This document shows, piece by piece, positions 1-10,171 of a stretch of 64,000 nucleotides of DNA (position 1 is its first letter; each line of letters begins with the position of its first letter). The stretch is from positions 3,500 through 67,499 of the forward strand of contig CALGXY010000105.1 of NCBI GenBank assembly GCA_937935155.1. Reading direction: 5' to 3'. The notes under the pieces were generated by a model, which saw only the letters and a list, made by a program, of their open reading frames with translations, was not told the origin of the DNA and made no database searches. This stretch comes from an uncultured Atopobium sp. (GTDB lineage Bacteria > Actinomycetota > Coriobacteriia > Coriobacteriales > Atopobiaceae). The position numbers and the translations under genes were made by a program.

Positions 1-20
1 TCACGAGTTGCTCTAGACAT
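1..20 (-). CDS. Transketolase C-terminal subunit, 5' fragment (runs off window edge)
   Basis: ATG TCT AGA GCA ACT CGT (MSRATR) overlaps the stop of the upstream tkt N-subunit and follows a GGAGG RBS; typical start of the split transketolase C-subunit. Confidence 0.6.
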
Positions 21-948
21 TGGCAACCTCCTTACCTTCACCCTGAAGATCAATCAAAAGAAGTTCTCTTGCTGCATCAAGTTCTTCTCGCGCAAGGTCA
101 GCCTGCTCGGCCGAAGGAGCGTTTCCGTGCCAGGAAGCCTTGTCCTCCATAAACGAGACGCCTTTGCCCTTGACAGTCTGGCAAATAACCACGGTAGGTG
201 CGGTGTTTCCTGCCTCGCGACCATCTCGTGCGGCGAGAAGGGCCTGGCGCACCTCGGTGACCTCGTGACCGTTAACGCGCAGCACGTTCCAGCCAAAGGA
301 ACGGAACTTCTCGTCAATATCGCCAAGAGAGCACACGTCAGTTACGTGGCCGTCAATCTGCAGATTGTTGAGGTCCACAATGGCAATGAGGTTATCCAGC
401 TTCTGGTGAGCAGCAAACATGCATGCCTCCCAGTTAGAGCCCTCCTGCAGCTCGCCGTCGCCCAGAAGGACAAATACCTTCTTGGCGCGCTCGCCGCTTG
501 CCAAAGCGTCCATAGAAAGTCCCAGAGCGCATCCTGCAGCTACCGAGAGACCCTGGCCAAGAGAGCCAGAGCAAACCTCAATACCAGGACATGCGTGGCA
601 ATCTGGGTGACCCTGCAGTCGGCTACCAAGCTGACGGAGGGTAACCATATCCTCGTCATGGAGCCAATCAAGCAGGTGGTACGCAGCATACAGCACAGGA
701 GCCACGTGACCCTTGGACAGGAAGAACCTATCCTCGGTGTGGTCCTCTGGGTTGTTGTGGTTGTACTTCATAACTCCCGAGAAGAACAGTGTAGCCACAA
801 TGTCTGCCGCACTGAGAGAGCCGCCGGGATGACCTGACTTGCTTTTCTCGAGCATGTCAATGACATCGCGCCTCAGCGTATTAGCTGCAAGCTTGAGCTC
901 ATCATCGGTGAGGTTGCGCTCGGGTAATGCAGATGTTCCCATTCTCAT
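13..948 (-). CDS. Transketolase N-terminal (ThDP-binding) subunit
   Basis: GHPGGSLS, LSKGH, LQGHP, GSLGQGLS and GDGE..EG ThDP motifs; start may be 942. Confidence 0.95.
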   Translation of the reverse strand: MRMGTSALPERNLTDDELKLAANTLRRDVIDMLEKSKSGHPGGSLSAADIVATLFFSGVMKYNHNNPEDHTEDRFFLSKGHVAPVLYAAYHLLDWLHDEDMVTLRQLGSRLQGHPDCHACPGIEVCSGSLGQGLSVAAGCALGLSMDALASGERAKKVFVLLGDGELQEGSNWEACMFAAHQKLDNLIAIVDLNNLQIDGHVTDVCSLGDIDEKFRSFGWNVLRVNGHEVTEVRQALLAARDGREAGNTAPTVVICQTVKGKGVSFMEDKASWHGNAPSAEQADLAREELDAARELLLIDLQGEGKEVANV

Positions 949-961
949 CCTCTCAAAACAA

Positions 962-987
962 GTACGCCCAACCTAAGCTGGGCGTAC
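962..987 (-). terminator. Hairpin between tal and tkt
   Basis: GTACGCCCA...TGGGCGTAC inverted repeat; weak U-tract. Confidence 0.4.
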
Positions 988-999
988 CACAATCACTAT

Positions 1000-1680
1000 T
1001 TATTGCTGAGCCTTAACCTTTTCCCAGTCTGCCTCAAAAGACTTAAGACCGGCGTCGGTCAGAGGGTGCTTCAGGCACTTCTTTAGAGCACCAAATGGAA
1101 CGGTTGCAATGTCAGCACCAAGCAGAGCTGCCTGTGTTACGTGGTTTGGCGTACGGACAGAAGCCGTAATAATCTCTACGGTGTGATCAACGTTTTTATC
1201 CCATGCATAGTTCTCAATGCAAGAAACAACGGTTCCCAGCTGCTCAATGCCGTCCTCGCCGATGTCATCAAAGCGACCAACAAATGGAGAAATATAACGG
1301 GCGCCAGCATTTGCCGCAAGAAGAGCTTGAGGTGCCGAGAAAATCAGCGTCATGTTGACGCGAATTCCCTCAGAAGCAAGCTGATGAGTAGCAGCAAGGC
1401 TCTCTGCACAGATAGGAAGCTTAACAACAATGTTTGGAGCAAGAGAAGCCAGGTGACGGCCTTCTTCAATCATGCCCTCAGTTGTTGTTGCTGTTGACTC
1501 AGCAGATACAGGAAGTCCCTCGCAAAGCTGAGCAATCTTAACCATATGAGACTCAAAGTCGGCTAGCTTGCCGCCAATCTTTGCATACAGCGATGGGTTG
1601 GTAGTAACACCTGCTAAACAGCCCCAGCTAAGAGCCTCAGAAATCTCATCGATATCTGCCGTGTCAATAAAGAACTTCAT
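1000..1680 (-). CDS. tal: Transaldolase / fructose-6-phosphate aldolase family
   Basis: MKFFIDTA, GVTTNPSL, VVKLP Schiff-base Lys, SPFVGR; start set at MKFF. Confidence 0.93.
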   Translation of the reverse strand: MKFFIDTADIDEISEALSWGCLAGVTTNPSLYAKIGGKLADFESHMVKIAQLCEGLPVSAESTATTTEGMIEEGRHLASLAPNIVVKLPICAESLAATHQLASEGIRVNMTLIFSAPQALLAANAGARYISPFVGRFDDIGEDGIEQLGTVVSCIENYAWDKNVDHTVEIITASVRTPNHVTQAALLGADIATVPFGALKKCLKHPLTDAGLKSFEADWEKVKAQQ

Positions 1681-1813
1681 GTGTAATCCTTTCCTGTACA
1701 AACCTAAACGAGTTTGGAAACGTACGTCGTACTAAGAAAGAGCTCATCCACATTGTACAGATTCTTATGTACCGTCTGTGGCGAGAAACCCAAAACAAGT
1801 GCAAAAAGGCCGT

Positions 1814-2662
1814 TTACCCCTCAAACGCCTTATCAATTTTGCTGCGAACGTAGGTGGAAGCAAAGACAAGATCTTCTTTCCAGTTCTCGTTGCCGGTGTA
1901 CCACATCTCTGCAACAAAGCGCCTGACACCCTGAGGAACAAGCTGCGACAGAGCTCCCTCATAGTCAGTGGTGCCGGTAGAGAATGGAATCTCGCGATAT
2001 GCGCCAGCAACAGTCTCTTTAAGGTGAGCTGCAAAGATATGACCTGCACCAAGAGCAATATCGTCAGCAACGGTGTTGCCGTAAATAAACGATGCATTAG
2101 TAAGGTTACCAGCGTCGGGATACACACCAAGATACGGGCTATTGATAAGGCTTACATAGTGCATGGCCTTCTCGACCGTATCCATAAAAGGAGTCTCCAT
2201 GGTCTCAAAGCCCATAACAATGCCCGCCTGAGCAGCCATTTCTACAGCCTTTGCCAGATTTTCCTCAAAGTACTTGCGCGTATCCTCTGCGCCGTCCTCG
2301 TAGTACACATCATAACCAGCAAGCTGGATGGTATGAAGTCCCAGGTCACCTGCAAGGTCAAGCGCCTTCTGCATAATCTCAAGGCTACGCTCACGAGTAG
2401 CCTGATCGCGAGAACCAAAAGGATACTTACGATGACCAGAAAGGCACATAGAGCCCAGGCGAACGCCAGAGTTTACCATTGCCTGACGAACTGCTGCACG
2501 CTCCTCACCAGTCCACTCAAGGCGAGAAAGACGAGCGTCAGACTCATCAACGGAGATCTCAACATAATCAAAGCCAGACTCTCCTGCTACGCTGAGGCGC
2601 TCTTCCCAAGAAAGATCAGTTGGAGTGGCCTTCTCGTAAAGTCCTAGCTGATACTTGGACAT
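1814..2662 (-). CDS. ulaE: L-ribulose-5-phosphate 3-epimerase (L-xylulose-5-P 3-epimerase)
   Basis: LGLYEKA, EISVDESDARL, SMCLSGHRKYPFGS, IQLAGYDVYYE motifs. Confidence 0.95.
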   Translation of the reverse strand: MSKYQLGLYEKATPTDLSWEERLSVAGESGFDYVEISVDESDARLSRLEWTGEERAAVRQAMVNSGVRLGSMCLSGHRKYPFGSRDQATRERSLEIMQKALDLAGDLGLHTIQLAGYDVYYEDGAEDTRKYFEENLAKAVEMAAQAGIVMGFETMETPFMDTVEKAMHYVSLINSPYLGVYPDAGNLTNASFIYGNTVADDIALGAGHIFAAHLKETVAGAYREIPFSTGTTDYEGALSQLVPQGVRRFVAEMWYTGNENWKEDLVFASTYVRSKIDKAFEG

Positions 2663-2674
2663 ATCTTCTCCTTT

Positions 2675-2707
2675 TAAAAACAGGCGGCCTTATAAAAGAC
2701 CGCCTGA
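2675..2707 (-). terminator. Intrinsic terminator/attenuator between araD and ulaE
   Basis: CAGGCGG/CCGCCTG stem followed by a T-run on the minus strand. Confidence 0.5.
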
Positions 2708-2737
2708 CTGAAACTGATGCTACTCACTGAACAGGCT

Positions 2738-3439
2738 TTAGTGATTACCCTGTCCGTAGTAGGCATTTGGACCATGCTTGCGCATGTAGTGCTTGTCCTG
2801 AAGGTACTGTGGTGCCTCCTGGACCTTAGGGTTATTGAGCTCGGTGAGTGTTGCCATCTTAGCAACCTCCTCAATAACTACTGCGTGATACACAGCAGCC
2901 ATTGCGTCTTTACCCCAAGAGAAAGGACCGTGATTGTGAAGGAGCGTTCCTGGAACCGCAATGGGGTCCAAGTTAGCAAAGCCCTCAACAATAACGTTTC
3001 CGGTCTCAAGCTCATAGGCGCTTTCTACCTCGTCCTTGGTAAGGCTGCGTACGCAAGGAATGTCTCCGTAGAAATAATCTGCGTGTGTGGTTCCATAGCA
3101 AGGAATAGAGCGTCCTGCCTGTGCCCAAGAAACAGCGTGGGTTGAGTGAGTGTGAACAATTCCGCCAATCTTATCGCCCCATGCACGATACAAGCATGCA
3201 TGAGTTGGAGTATCGGAAGATGGGTTCATCTCACCCTCAACAACGTTGCCGTCTAGGTCGCAGATGACCAGATTCTCTGGGCTCAGCTCCTCATAGGAGA
3301 CGCCCGATGGCTTGATAACAAACAGGCCGCGCTCACGGTCAAGTCCAGAAGCATTGCCCCAGGTAAAGACTACCAGGCCATGCTTTGGCAGGTCCATGTT
3401 TGCTTCATACACTTCATCGCGAAGCTCTTTAAGCATCAT
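2738..3439 (-). CDS. araD: L-ribulose-5-phosphate 4-epimerase (AraD/UlaF)
   Basis: [39 protein letters not shown]. Confidence 0.96.
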   Translation of the reverse strand: MMLKELRDEVYEANMDLPKHGLVVFTWGNASGLDRERGLFVIKPSGVSYEELSPENLVICDLDGNVVEGEMNPSSDTPTHACLYRAWGDKIGGIVHTHSTHAVSWAQAGRSIPCYGTTHADYFYGDIPCVRSLTKDEVESAYELETGNVIVEGFANLDPIAVPGTLLHNHGPFSWGKDAMAAVYHAVVIEEVAKMATLTELNNPKVQEAPQYLQDKHYMRKHGPNAYYGQGNH

Positions 3440-3451
3440 AGAGACTGCTCC

Positions 3452-4570
3452 TTAGAGAACACTACGGAATGGAACGTTTGGCTCGTGATCGAAGCAATCA
3501 TGGAAGCCACGGTCGTGATGGTAAGCAAAGCGATCCTTATCCTGTGGATAGGTGTAGTGGCCGCCGACCTCCCAGAAGAATGGGTGGAACTTGTAGTCAA
3601 GGCGATCCTTACGCATATCCCAAAGAACCTTGATCTCCTGGACGTCTGCCTGGAAGTTAGTCCAAACATCGTGGTGAATTGGGATAACAACCTTGGACTG
3701 AAGAGCCTCAGCCATGCGGAGCATATCGGTTGCTTCCATCTTGTCCTGGATACCAATTGGGTTGCAGCCAAAAGCGCCAAAGCAGACATCTACGCCGCCA
3801 AACTCCTGAGCGATGTCTTTGCCGTGCTTAGCAAAGTAAATGGAGTAGTGAGAGTCACCGGAGTGATAGATGTTTCCACCAGGGGTGACAAAGAGGTAGT
3901 TAACTGCCTTCTCGTCCATGTCCATTGGGCACTTACCCCAGAGGTCTGGGCGGTTCTCAGAAGTATCAGTAGTGGTAACGATGATGGTGCGGTCAAAGGA
4001 ATCGTATGCAACGATCTCCATGTCCTTGACCTTGATGCGGTCGCCAGGCTTAACAACAATGCACTGCTCGCGTGGAACGCCCCAGCCAACCCAAATGTCA
4101 ACTGCATCCTTAGGACCAATAAAGGGAACAGGAATCTCTTTGCCATTCTCGTCAGTAGTGGTCATGTTGTTGTTAACAACGTGAGCTGCAAGCTCCTTGG
4201 ACATGTGGTCCTGGTGAATGTGAGTTACTACAACTGCGTCAAGGTTCTTGATAGCAAATGGATCAATAACAAAGGGGACGTTGCGCAGGTTTGGCTGCAT
4301 CTTACGAACGCCAGCCATGTTTGCCATCTGGTGACCAGGCTTCATGAGGCCGTCACCGTGGGTGCGCTTACCATTGCCTGCCCAGAAGTCGACAGCAACG
4401 TTTGCTCCACCAGGAGTCTTAAACCAAATACCAACGCAGCCGAGCCACCACATCTCAACCTGGCCTGGCTCTACTACGGCATTGTCAATCTCTTCGTTGA
4501 GCCAAGTTCCCCACTCAGGGAAGGTGCTCATAATCCAACTGTCGCGTGTGACGTCTTTCAAACCTGCCAT
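3452..4570 (-). CDS. ulaG: L-ascorbate-6-phosphate lactonase (metallo-beta-lactamase fold)
   Basis: [43 protein letters not shown]. Confidence 0.96.
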   Translation of the reverse strand: MAGLKDVTRDSWIMSTFPEWGTWLNEEIDNAVVEPGQVEMWWLGCVGIWFKTPGGANVAVDFWAGNGKRTHGDGLMKPGHQMANMAGVRKMQPNLRNVPFVIDPFAIKNLDAVVVTHIHQDHMSKELAAHVVNNNMTTTDENGKEIPVPFIGPKDAVDIWVGWGVPREQCIVVKPGDRIKVKDMEIVAYDSFDRTIIVTTTDTSENRPDLWGKCPMDMDEKAVNYLFVTPGGNIYHSGDSHYSIYFAKHGKDIAQEFGGVDVCFGAFGCNPIGIQDKMEATDMLRMAEALQSKVVIPIHHDVWTNFQADVQEIKVLWDMRKDRLDYKFHPFFWEVGGHYTYPQDKDRFAYHHDRGFHDCFDHEPNVPFRSVL

Positions 4571-4694
4571 TACGCGCTCCTTTCTAAAACATAGGACTAG
4601 TACTTTGATGTATACGCAGGTAAATTGAGCGGCGCTCAGGACTTTGCCTGCATGCTCAGAAGCTCATCCTGAGCGCTCGCTACAAAACGCAGCC

Positions 4695-5750
4695 CTACTC
4701 CACTACTTTGTAGAGAGCCAGCTGGTCTGTCTCACGATATGCAGCAACAATGTACTCACTGCCGTCATGCGTATACACCATGCAGTTTGCTGGTCCGAGG
4801 TCGTGGTCGATAACGTCTACGGTGTACTCACCGTCAACGTATCTAACAAGCAACAAATCGCGACCATCTTTACGGTTGCCAATGACTGCGCACTTCTCGC
4901 CATTAAGGTCTGCTGCCCAAAGCGCGTGAAGGAAGCTGCGCTTCTGTGGGTCGCACCAAACCTGCTCATAGCGATCGCGAGTCTGGCCCTCATGCCAAAT
5001 TGCCAGCGTGTCACCGTGGAACTTAGAGAAGGTAAGGATCTCCAGCTTGCCATCGCCGTCAAAGTCTGTAGCAACAATATCGCTTGTTGGCTGGACTAGA
5101 AGGCAGGTGACATCCCAAGCACCTTGAGGGGTGGTTGGTGGCACATATCTAAACACGCCTGCGGCGGTTGAGATCAAAGCATACGATTTGTCAGGTGCAG
5201 TCCAGAAACCGTGATTCTGAACCTGATAATTAGCAACACAGGTCAGCTTAAGCTGGTTGTCTGCCGTGTACTGCTCAAGGTTATCGCTCAGAGGAGCGGC
5301 CCAAACAGCACCTGGAGTGCGCCAATCGTCCTTGACGCTAGTCTCAGCTCCACCCTTGATAGAGCAAGCAAGAACCCAAAGCTGACCGTCAGCAGCCTTC
5401 AAGATGCCAAAACGGTGAACATACGGGAGGTCACAGAGAATCTGCTCAGACCAAGAACCGTCTGCCTGCTTGGTATAGGATGCAATTGCCGCGTCGTCTC
5501 CACCAAAGTTTGGCGAGAAGAACTTGCGGGTTGCAAGGAACTGATCTTTCCTGCCAGGGACCTGTGTAATGGTCATGACGCCGCCAGGGCCTGGAGCAAC
5601 AGTCTCCAGAGGCTCACCATCAAGCGTAAAGCGACGGATTGGACCGTCCTTCTCGACAGCAGCTAAAAAGCTTGGTGTGTCTTCTCCCTCAAACATGCCA
5701 AGTGCATAGCACTTAGGCATCTCGGCAAGAATTTTCTTTTCAAAAGTCAT
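4695..5750 (-). CDS. Hypothetical cytoplasmic protein, probable beta-propeller with FG-GAP/VCBS-like repeat
   Basis: 351 aa ORF inside the operon; DFDGDGKLEI and ADLNG motifs; no signal peptide seen. Confidence 0.75.
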   Translation of the reverse strand: MTFEKKILAEMPKCYALGMFEGEDTPSFLAAVEKDGPIRRFTLDGEPLETVAPGPGGVMTITQVPGRKDQFLATRKFFSPNFGGDDAAIASYTKQADGSWSEQILCDLPYVHRFGILKAADGQLWVLACSIKGGAETSVKDDWRTPGAVWAAPLSDNLEQYTADNQLKLTCVANYQVQNHGFWTAPDKSYALISTAAGVFRYVPPTTPQGAWDVTCLLVQPTSDIVATDFDGDGKLEILTFSKFHGDTLAIWHEGQTRDRYEQVWCDPQKRSFLHALWAADLNGEKCAVIGNRKDGRDLLLVRYVDGEYTVDVIDHDLGPANCMVYTHDGSEYIVAAYRETDQLALYKVVE

Positions 5751-5779
5751 TAAAGTGCTCGATTCTTTAGAAACCTAAA

Positions 5780-6088
5780 CTATGCGGAATACTTCTCTGC
5801 AGCGCCGGTTTCCTTGAGCTTCTCTTCCATCTCTGCGTCAGAAAGAACGTTACGCAGACCAATGACGGTAACGCCTGCCTTAGCGGCATCGTCATACATG
5901 TTCAGGAAGTTAAGTGGTGCAAAAACAATGTCATACTGACGAGCAGAGCTTACGCCCTCGGAAAGTGCGCAGTGGTGAATCTTATCGACGCCCATGTTGA
6001 GCTTCTGAGTAACACGCTCAGCGGTCATCTTCATCATCAGGGAGGTACCTGCGCCATTTGCACATGCGACCAAAATCTTTGCGTTCAT
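5780..6088 (-). CDS. ulaB: PTS ascorbate-family IIB component
   Basis: ILVACANGAGTSLMM phospho-Cys loop; start at MNAK after AAGGAG. Confidence 0.9.
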   Translation of the reverse strand: MNAKILVACANGAGTSLMMKMTAERVTQKLNMGVDKIHHCALSEGVSSARQYDIVFAPLNFLNMYDDAAKAGVTVIGLRNVLSDAEMEEKLKETGAAEKYSA

Positions 6089-6253
6089 GTTGACTCCTTC
6101 GATCAAACAAACTGATTACGGACACATTGTGTTTGTACCCATTTGGGCGCTACAACGCTCGCATTTAAAGCAAATACTGCATCAAACAATGTGCCGAGTA
6201 TTACTAATAACCCTGAGCAGATGGGGGTCTGCTCAGGGTAGGAAGAAAGAGGG

Positions 6254-7765
6254 CTACTTGCTTTCCGCACTAGCTGCGGCGGCCTTCTGTGCACGGATTT
6301 CCTTGCACTTCTGGTAATCCTCAACCTCCATGAAGTACGTGTCTTTGTTTGCACGGTACTGGAGCTGTGGGATTGCAATAAGAGCAATAACAACAATTGC
6401 GAGACCTGCGTAGGACAGGAACTTCATGAGGCCGGTCATGATTGGCCAGACAACTGCCCAGTCCCACATGCCAAGGTATCCACCGTATGCAGCCATGCCA
6501 ACCCAGCCAGCGATAAGAGCTGAACCAAAGACCTGGAGAAGACCAGAGATGAAAGGCATGATAAGAACTGCGCGGAGGCCACCCTTGTTGTTTGCGTAAA
6601 CGCCGATAGTAGCGTTATCGAAGAACAGTGGGACAAAGCCTGCGATAACAATAACTGGGGACTTCAGAAGCAGCAGAGCTGCGATTGCCAGGAACTGGCC
6701 AGCTGCACCCATGAGGAAGCCGAGGGTAACTGCGTTTGGAGAACCAAAGCCGTAGGTAACAGCGCAGTCAACGCCTGGGACGGAACCCTTGAGGAGCTTG
6801 TTAGAAATACCCTGGAAGGAGTTGGTGAGCTCGGTAACGAAGGTACGAACACCAAGCTGCAGGATGGAGAGGTAAACAGCAAACTGGAAGGAAGTGGTCA
6901 TGATGTAGAAGAAGAAATCCTGACCTGGCTTCATGAACTTGTTCTCAAGCAGGAACTCCTGACCAAGAACAGCAAGGATGACACCAAAGAATGCTGTCAT
7001 GAGAATTGCAGTTGCAACGAGGTTCTCGTTGAAGATCTTAAGGAAGCCTGGAAGCTCGATGTCCTCAATGCGCTTAGACTCCTTCTTGGAGTGCTTGGCG
7101 AGCCACTCGGAAGCCTTGGATGCGCAGTAAACACCAAACATCTGCTGGTGAGCAATGGTAAGGCCAGCGCCATCAGTAAGGTCCTGGGTAGGTCCAATAC
7201 AAAGGTTGGAACCAACTGCCCAGTAAAGGCCAAGGAGAACGGTCATAACTGCAAGGATGGTAACGTCGTTAAGCTGTGGGAAGCAGAAGAGGATAAGCCA
7301 AAATGCAGTTGCTGCCTGCTGAACCTGGACGTGACCAGTAGTAAAGATTGCGCGAAGCTTAGTCTGCTTCTTAAAAGCAACCAGAACAATGTTCAGAATG
7401 AAAGCGAAGAGCAGAAGAAGCATAACGGAGGAGAAGGAACGACCTGCGATAAATGCAGGAGCGTCAGCTGCCTCCATGCCTGCCTGTACTGCGTTCTGGC
7501 CAAAGTATGGGTCAATGACCATTGCAGAAAGGTTGAAGCGAGCCTGAAGTCCAACAAGAACTGGACGGAATGCAGTTACCAGGCCGCCGGAACCAACCAG
7601 GAGGATCTGATAACCAATGACTGCCTTAAGGAAGCCAGCGAGTACGTCGTACCACTTCTTCTTAAGAAGAATGTAGCCGATAGCAACAATCAAACCGATG
7701 AAATAGGCTGGCTGAGTCAAGAAGTTGCTCGCAAACCATTTCCAAATACCAAGAACAATATCCAT
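6254..7765 (-). CDS. ulaA: PTS ascorbate-family IIC permease
   Basis: Polytopic; TTGHVQVQQA, IAHQQMFG, GVRTFVTEL, PLFFDNA. Confidence 0.93.
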   Translation of the reverse strand: MDIVLGIWKWFASNFLTQPAYFIGLIVAIGYILLKKKWYDVLAGFLKAVIGYQILLVGSGGLVTAFRPVLVGLQARFNLSAMVIDPYFGQNAVQAGMEAADAPAFIAGRSFSSVMLLLLFAFILNIVLVAFKKQTKLRAIFTTGHVQVQQAATAFWLILFCFPQLNDVTILAVMTVLLGLYWAVGSNLCIGPTQDLTDGAGLTIAHQQMFGVYCASKASEWLAKHSKKESKRIEDIELPGFLKIFNENLVATAILMTAFFGVILAVLGQEFLLENKFMKPGQDFFFYIMTTSFQFAVYLSILQLGVRTFVTELTNSFQGISNKLLKGSVPGVDCAVTYGFGSPNAVTLGFLMGAAGQFLAIAALLLLKSPVIVIAGFVPLFFDNATIGVYANNKGGLRAVLIMPFISGLLQVFGSALIAGWVGMAAYGGYLGMWDWAVVWPIMTGLMKFLSYAGLAIVVIALIAIPQLQYRANKDTYFMEVEDYQKCKEIRAQKAAAASAESK

Positions 7766-7929
7766 TGATACCCCTTTCAAAGGGTCCTACATACGTACCT
7801 TCTGCAGCCCACACTACAAAAGGAAAACTTCAATTACGTGCCCAAACAGGCACAAAAGCGCGCACAGGCGCAAACGGGCGTCGTGAACGACGTGCGAACA
7901 ACGCGCGAACAACGCGCGAGAAAACGTGT

Positions 7930-8388
7930 TTACTCGGAGATAAGCTTGTCAATCTCCAAGAGCTCTTCTGGAGACTGAATATTCTTCAGACGCTCAAGAA
8001 CCTCCTCGTTCATAAGAACCTGAACGAGCATCTGCATATTCTTGAGGTGAGCATCCTGATCAGTAGCGCTCAGAGTGAAGAAAGTCTTAACCTGCTTCTC
8101 GTCGTCGCCATCCTCAAAATTGACAGGAACGTCAGAGTGCATAAAGCCAATAGCAGTCTTGCCATTAGAGCCAATACGAGCAGTTGAGTGTGGCATTGCA
8201 ACGTTTGGAACGATAACAATGTAGGGACCAAACTTCTTTACGCACTCAATAATGTCGTCTGCATACTCTGAATTGACTGTTCCGTCAGCCTCCAGTGGTT
8301 TGCAGCACTCTCTAATAGACTCTTCCCATGTCATGGGGGTCTTCACGAAAGCATAGTGATTCTGCTCGTAGATATCGCGAAGTAGCAT
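7930..8388 (-). CDS. ulaC: PTS ascorbate-family IIA component
   Basis: FGPYIVIVPNVAMPHS phospho-His motif; start at MLLR after GGAG. Confidence 0.9.
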   Translation of the reverse strand: MLLRDIYEQNHYAFVKTPMTWEESIRECCKPLEADGTVNSEYADDIIECVKKFGPYIVIVPNVAMPHSTARIGSNGKTAIGFMHSDVPVNFEDGDDEKQVKTFFTLSATDQDAHLKNMQMLVQVLMNEEVLERLKNIQSPEELLEIDKLISE

Positions 8389-8399
8389 GCGATTCACTC

Positions 8400-8880
8400 C
8401 TCTCCAGTAGACTACTGTGAATCTTTTCCTTGTGTTGGACTATAGCAAGAGCACACAAGAATACATCGCTTAATGACAAAAACTTGAATTTTCTGAACAC
8501 TTCAACAATTAGATAAATAATTTATATGACATTTGACTTGTCGTATAACAAATTTCCCTATTTGTTGAACGTTTAGAACGTTTTACCAATCGAATCGATA
8601 ATGTTAGTATAGCTAAAGTTGGGAGTTAAGCAATACTTATCTATGCTCACTTTAGAGATTTACGTCATAAAAACCGTTGACCGCTAAATAATATCCGTTT
8701 AAGTATTCAAAACGTTCATTGAATAGGGTAAGATACAATCGGATCTACTGAAAAGCATCTACACAATTGTTCAAGAACCATTCAAAAGGTGCTGTCAATT
8801 TGTACGATGTTTTTCACAGAACTGAATTAGTTAAATGTAATTCTACAGGTTTATCAGCAGTTGAGCTCTATTGGGGGATT
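8400..8880. promoter_or_regulatory. Divergent AT-rich control region for the ula-type operon and its DeoR regulator
   Basis: 480 bp AT-rich spacer; imperfect palindrome TATATGACA-N7-TGTCGTATA (~8523-8547) and repeated TGAACGTT/AACGTTCA words as candidate operators. Confidence 0.5.
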
Positions 8881-8881
8881 C

Positions 8882-9646
8882 ATGGCCACAAGTCGTTCAT
8901 TCGTAGCATCACGCAGAAGCTCGATCATGAGCCTTCTTGAACAATACCGCCAGGTTTCCGTTAGCGATCTTGCCGATAGATTTAAAGTTTCTTCGCTTAC
9001 CATCCGTCGCGATCTTGACGAACTCGAAGCTCAAGGCCTCATTTCCCGAAGCTATGGCATGGCCACGCTGCTTGACCCGCTCTCGACAGGACTCAGCTCT
9101 AACCAGGTAACCGCAAAGTTCAAGCTTGCCCAGGCCGCCGCCAAGCTGATTAAAGACGGCGACACGGTCTTCATTAACACCAGCTCAACCGCTATAAAAG
9201 TCCTGGAATTCATCACCGCCGAGAACATCACGGTTGTTACCAATAACGGTAGCGTTCTGGCCGCCGACTATCCCCCATCGATGACTGTTTTGGTCACGGG
9301 TGGAGAAGTTCGACCAGCTAAGAAGTCACTGACCGGCGATTTTGCGCTTGCTTCGATCAACCAGATTCGTGCCGCGAAGTGCATCTTGGGATGCTCGGGA
9401 ATTTCTGCTGAGCGCGGCCTTACCACGCTGGTTTCAAACGAGATGCGCGTGAACTCGCTGATGCTTAAGCACTCTGAGCAGCACATTGTCTTGGCCGATG
9501 CAAGCAAGCTGGGCGTCAACTCCAGCTTCCAATATGGATCGCCTGCTGATATCGACGTGCTTATGACGGACGAATCCGCATCGATTTCGCAGGTAGCAGC
9601 CCTCGAAGCCGCCGGCGTTCGTAAGGTTGTTCGCGTGGGCCTGTAG
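8882..9646 (+). CDS. DeoR/GlpR family transcriptional regulator (UlaR-like)
   Basis: VSVSDLADRFKVSSLTIRRDL HTH plus DeoRC domain; divergent from the PTS operon. Confidence 0.93.
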   Translation: MATSRSFVASRRSSIMSLLEQYRQVSVSDLADRFKVSSLTIRRDLDELEAQGLISRSYGMATLLDPLSTGLSSNQVTAKFKLAQAAAKLIKDGDTVFINTSSTAIKVLEFITAENITVVTNNGSVLAADYPPSMTVLVTGGEVRPAKKSLTGDFALASINQIRAAKCILGCSGISAERGLTTLVSNEMRVNSLMLKHSEQHIVLADASKLGVNSSFQYGSPADIDVLMTDESASISQVAALEAAGVRKVVRVGL

Positions 9647-9774
9647 AACTGCTACGGCTACGTGCGTCGGACGACGAGATTCAGCTTCAATCGAATGTTT
9701 CCACTGCTGTAGTCCATCGGTTCTCTCGCCCAGCATAGAAGACATCAAAATTTTAACTACCATGATACGAAAAT

Positions 9775-10038
9775 ATTCACCCTCATGAATATTCATGAGG
9801 GTGAATTCATCTGTATGCATAAATTTTTTAGAGGCCTATTTTTGGCGTTTTGAAAACACAGCAAAGTCACTTATTCTGCAAAATCGACCCTCAAAAGTCC
9901 TATTTTTCTCAGAATATCGTCATTTGCTGTGTTTTTTAGGGCTGTAAGTTATGTTTTTGGCTCTGTATATACAGATTATCTGACATAGGTGTGTTCGGGC
10001 TTCTAAAAACGTGTAGATTATCCGACATAGGTGTGTTC
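9775..10038. repeat. Mosaic intergenic repeat element, copy 1
   Basis: 32-bp perfect palindrome 9775-9806; degenerate inverted pair 9853-9878/9910-9935; direct repeats AGATTATCYGACATAGGTGTGTTC at 9973 and 10015. Confidence 0.85.
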
Positions 10039-10062
10039 TGACAGCGCCAACGCTATCCAAAC

Positions 10063-10090
10063 AAAAAGCCCCGCCAACTGGCGGGGCTTT
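10063..10090 (-). terminator. Intrinsic terminator downstream of yebC
   Basis: AAAGCCCCGCCA-loop-TGGCGGGGCTTT stem with T-run on the minus strand. Confidence 0.85.
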
Positions 10091-10171
10091 GAAGTGCAGT
10101 TTTGTCACCGGTCGCGCTCGTCGCGCATCGTCGCGTGCATCGCGCACGTCGCGCGGCGCGGACCAGAGAGC

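Noticed and set aside
3380..4594. Long antisense ORFs (also 1778-2647, 10031-10987, 12366-13256, 38578-39417, 42252-43052)
   Set aside because: Shadows of well-supported genes on the opposite strand, expected from codon bias.
9973..10038. Possible CRISPR repeats (also 34551-34614)
   Set aside because: Only two direct copies per locus, 18-bp spacers, mixed orientations, no cas genes.
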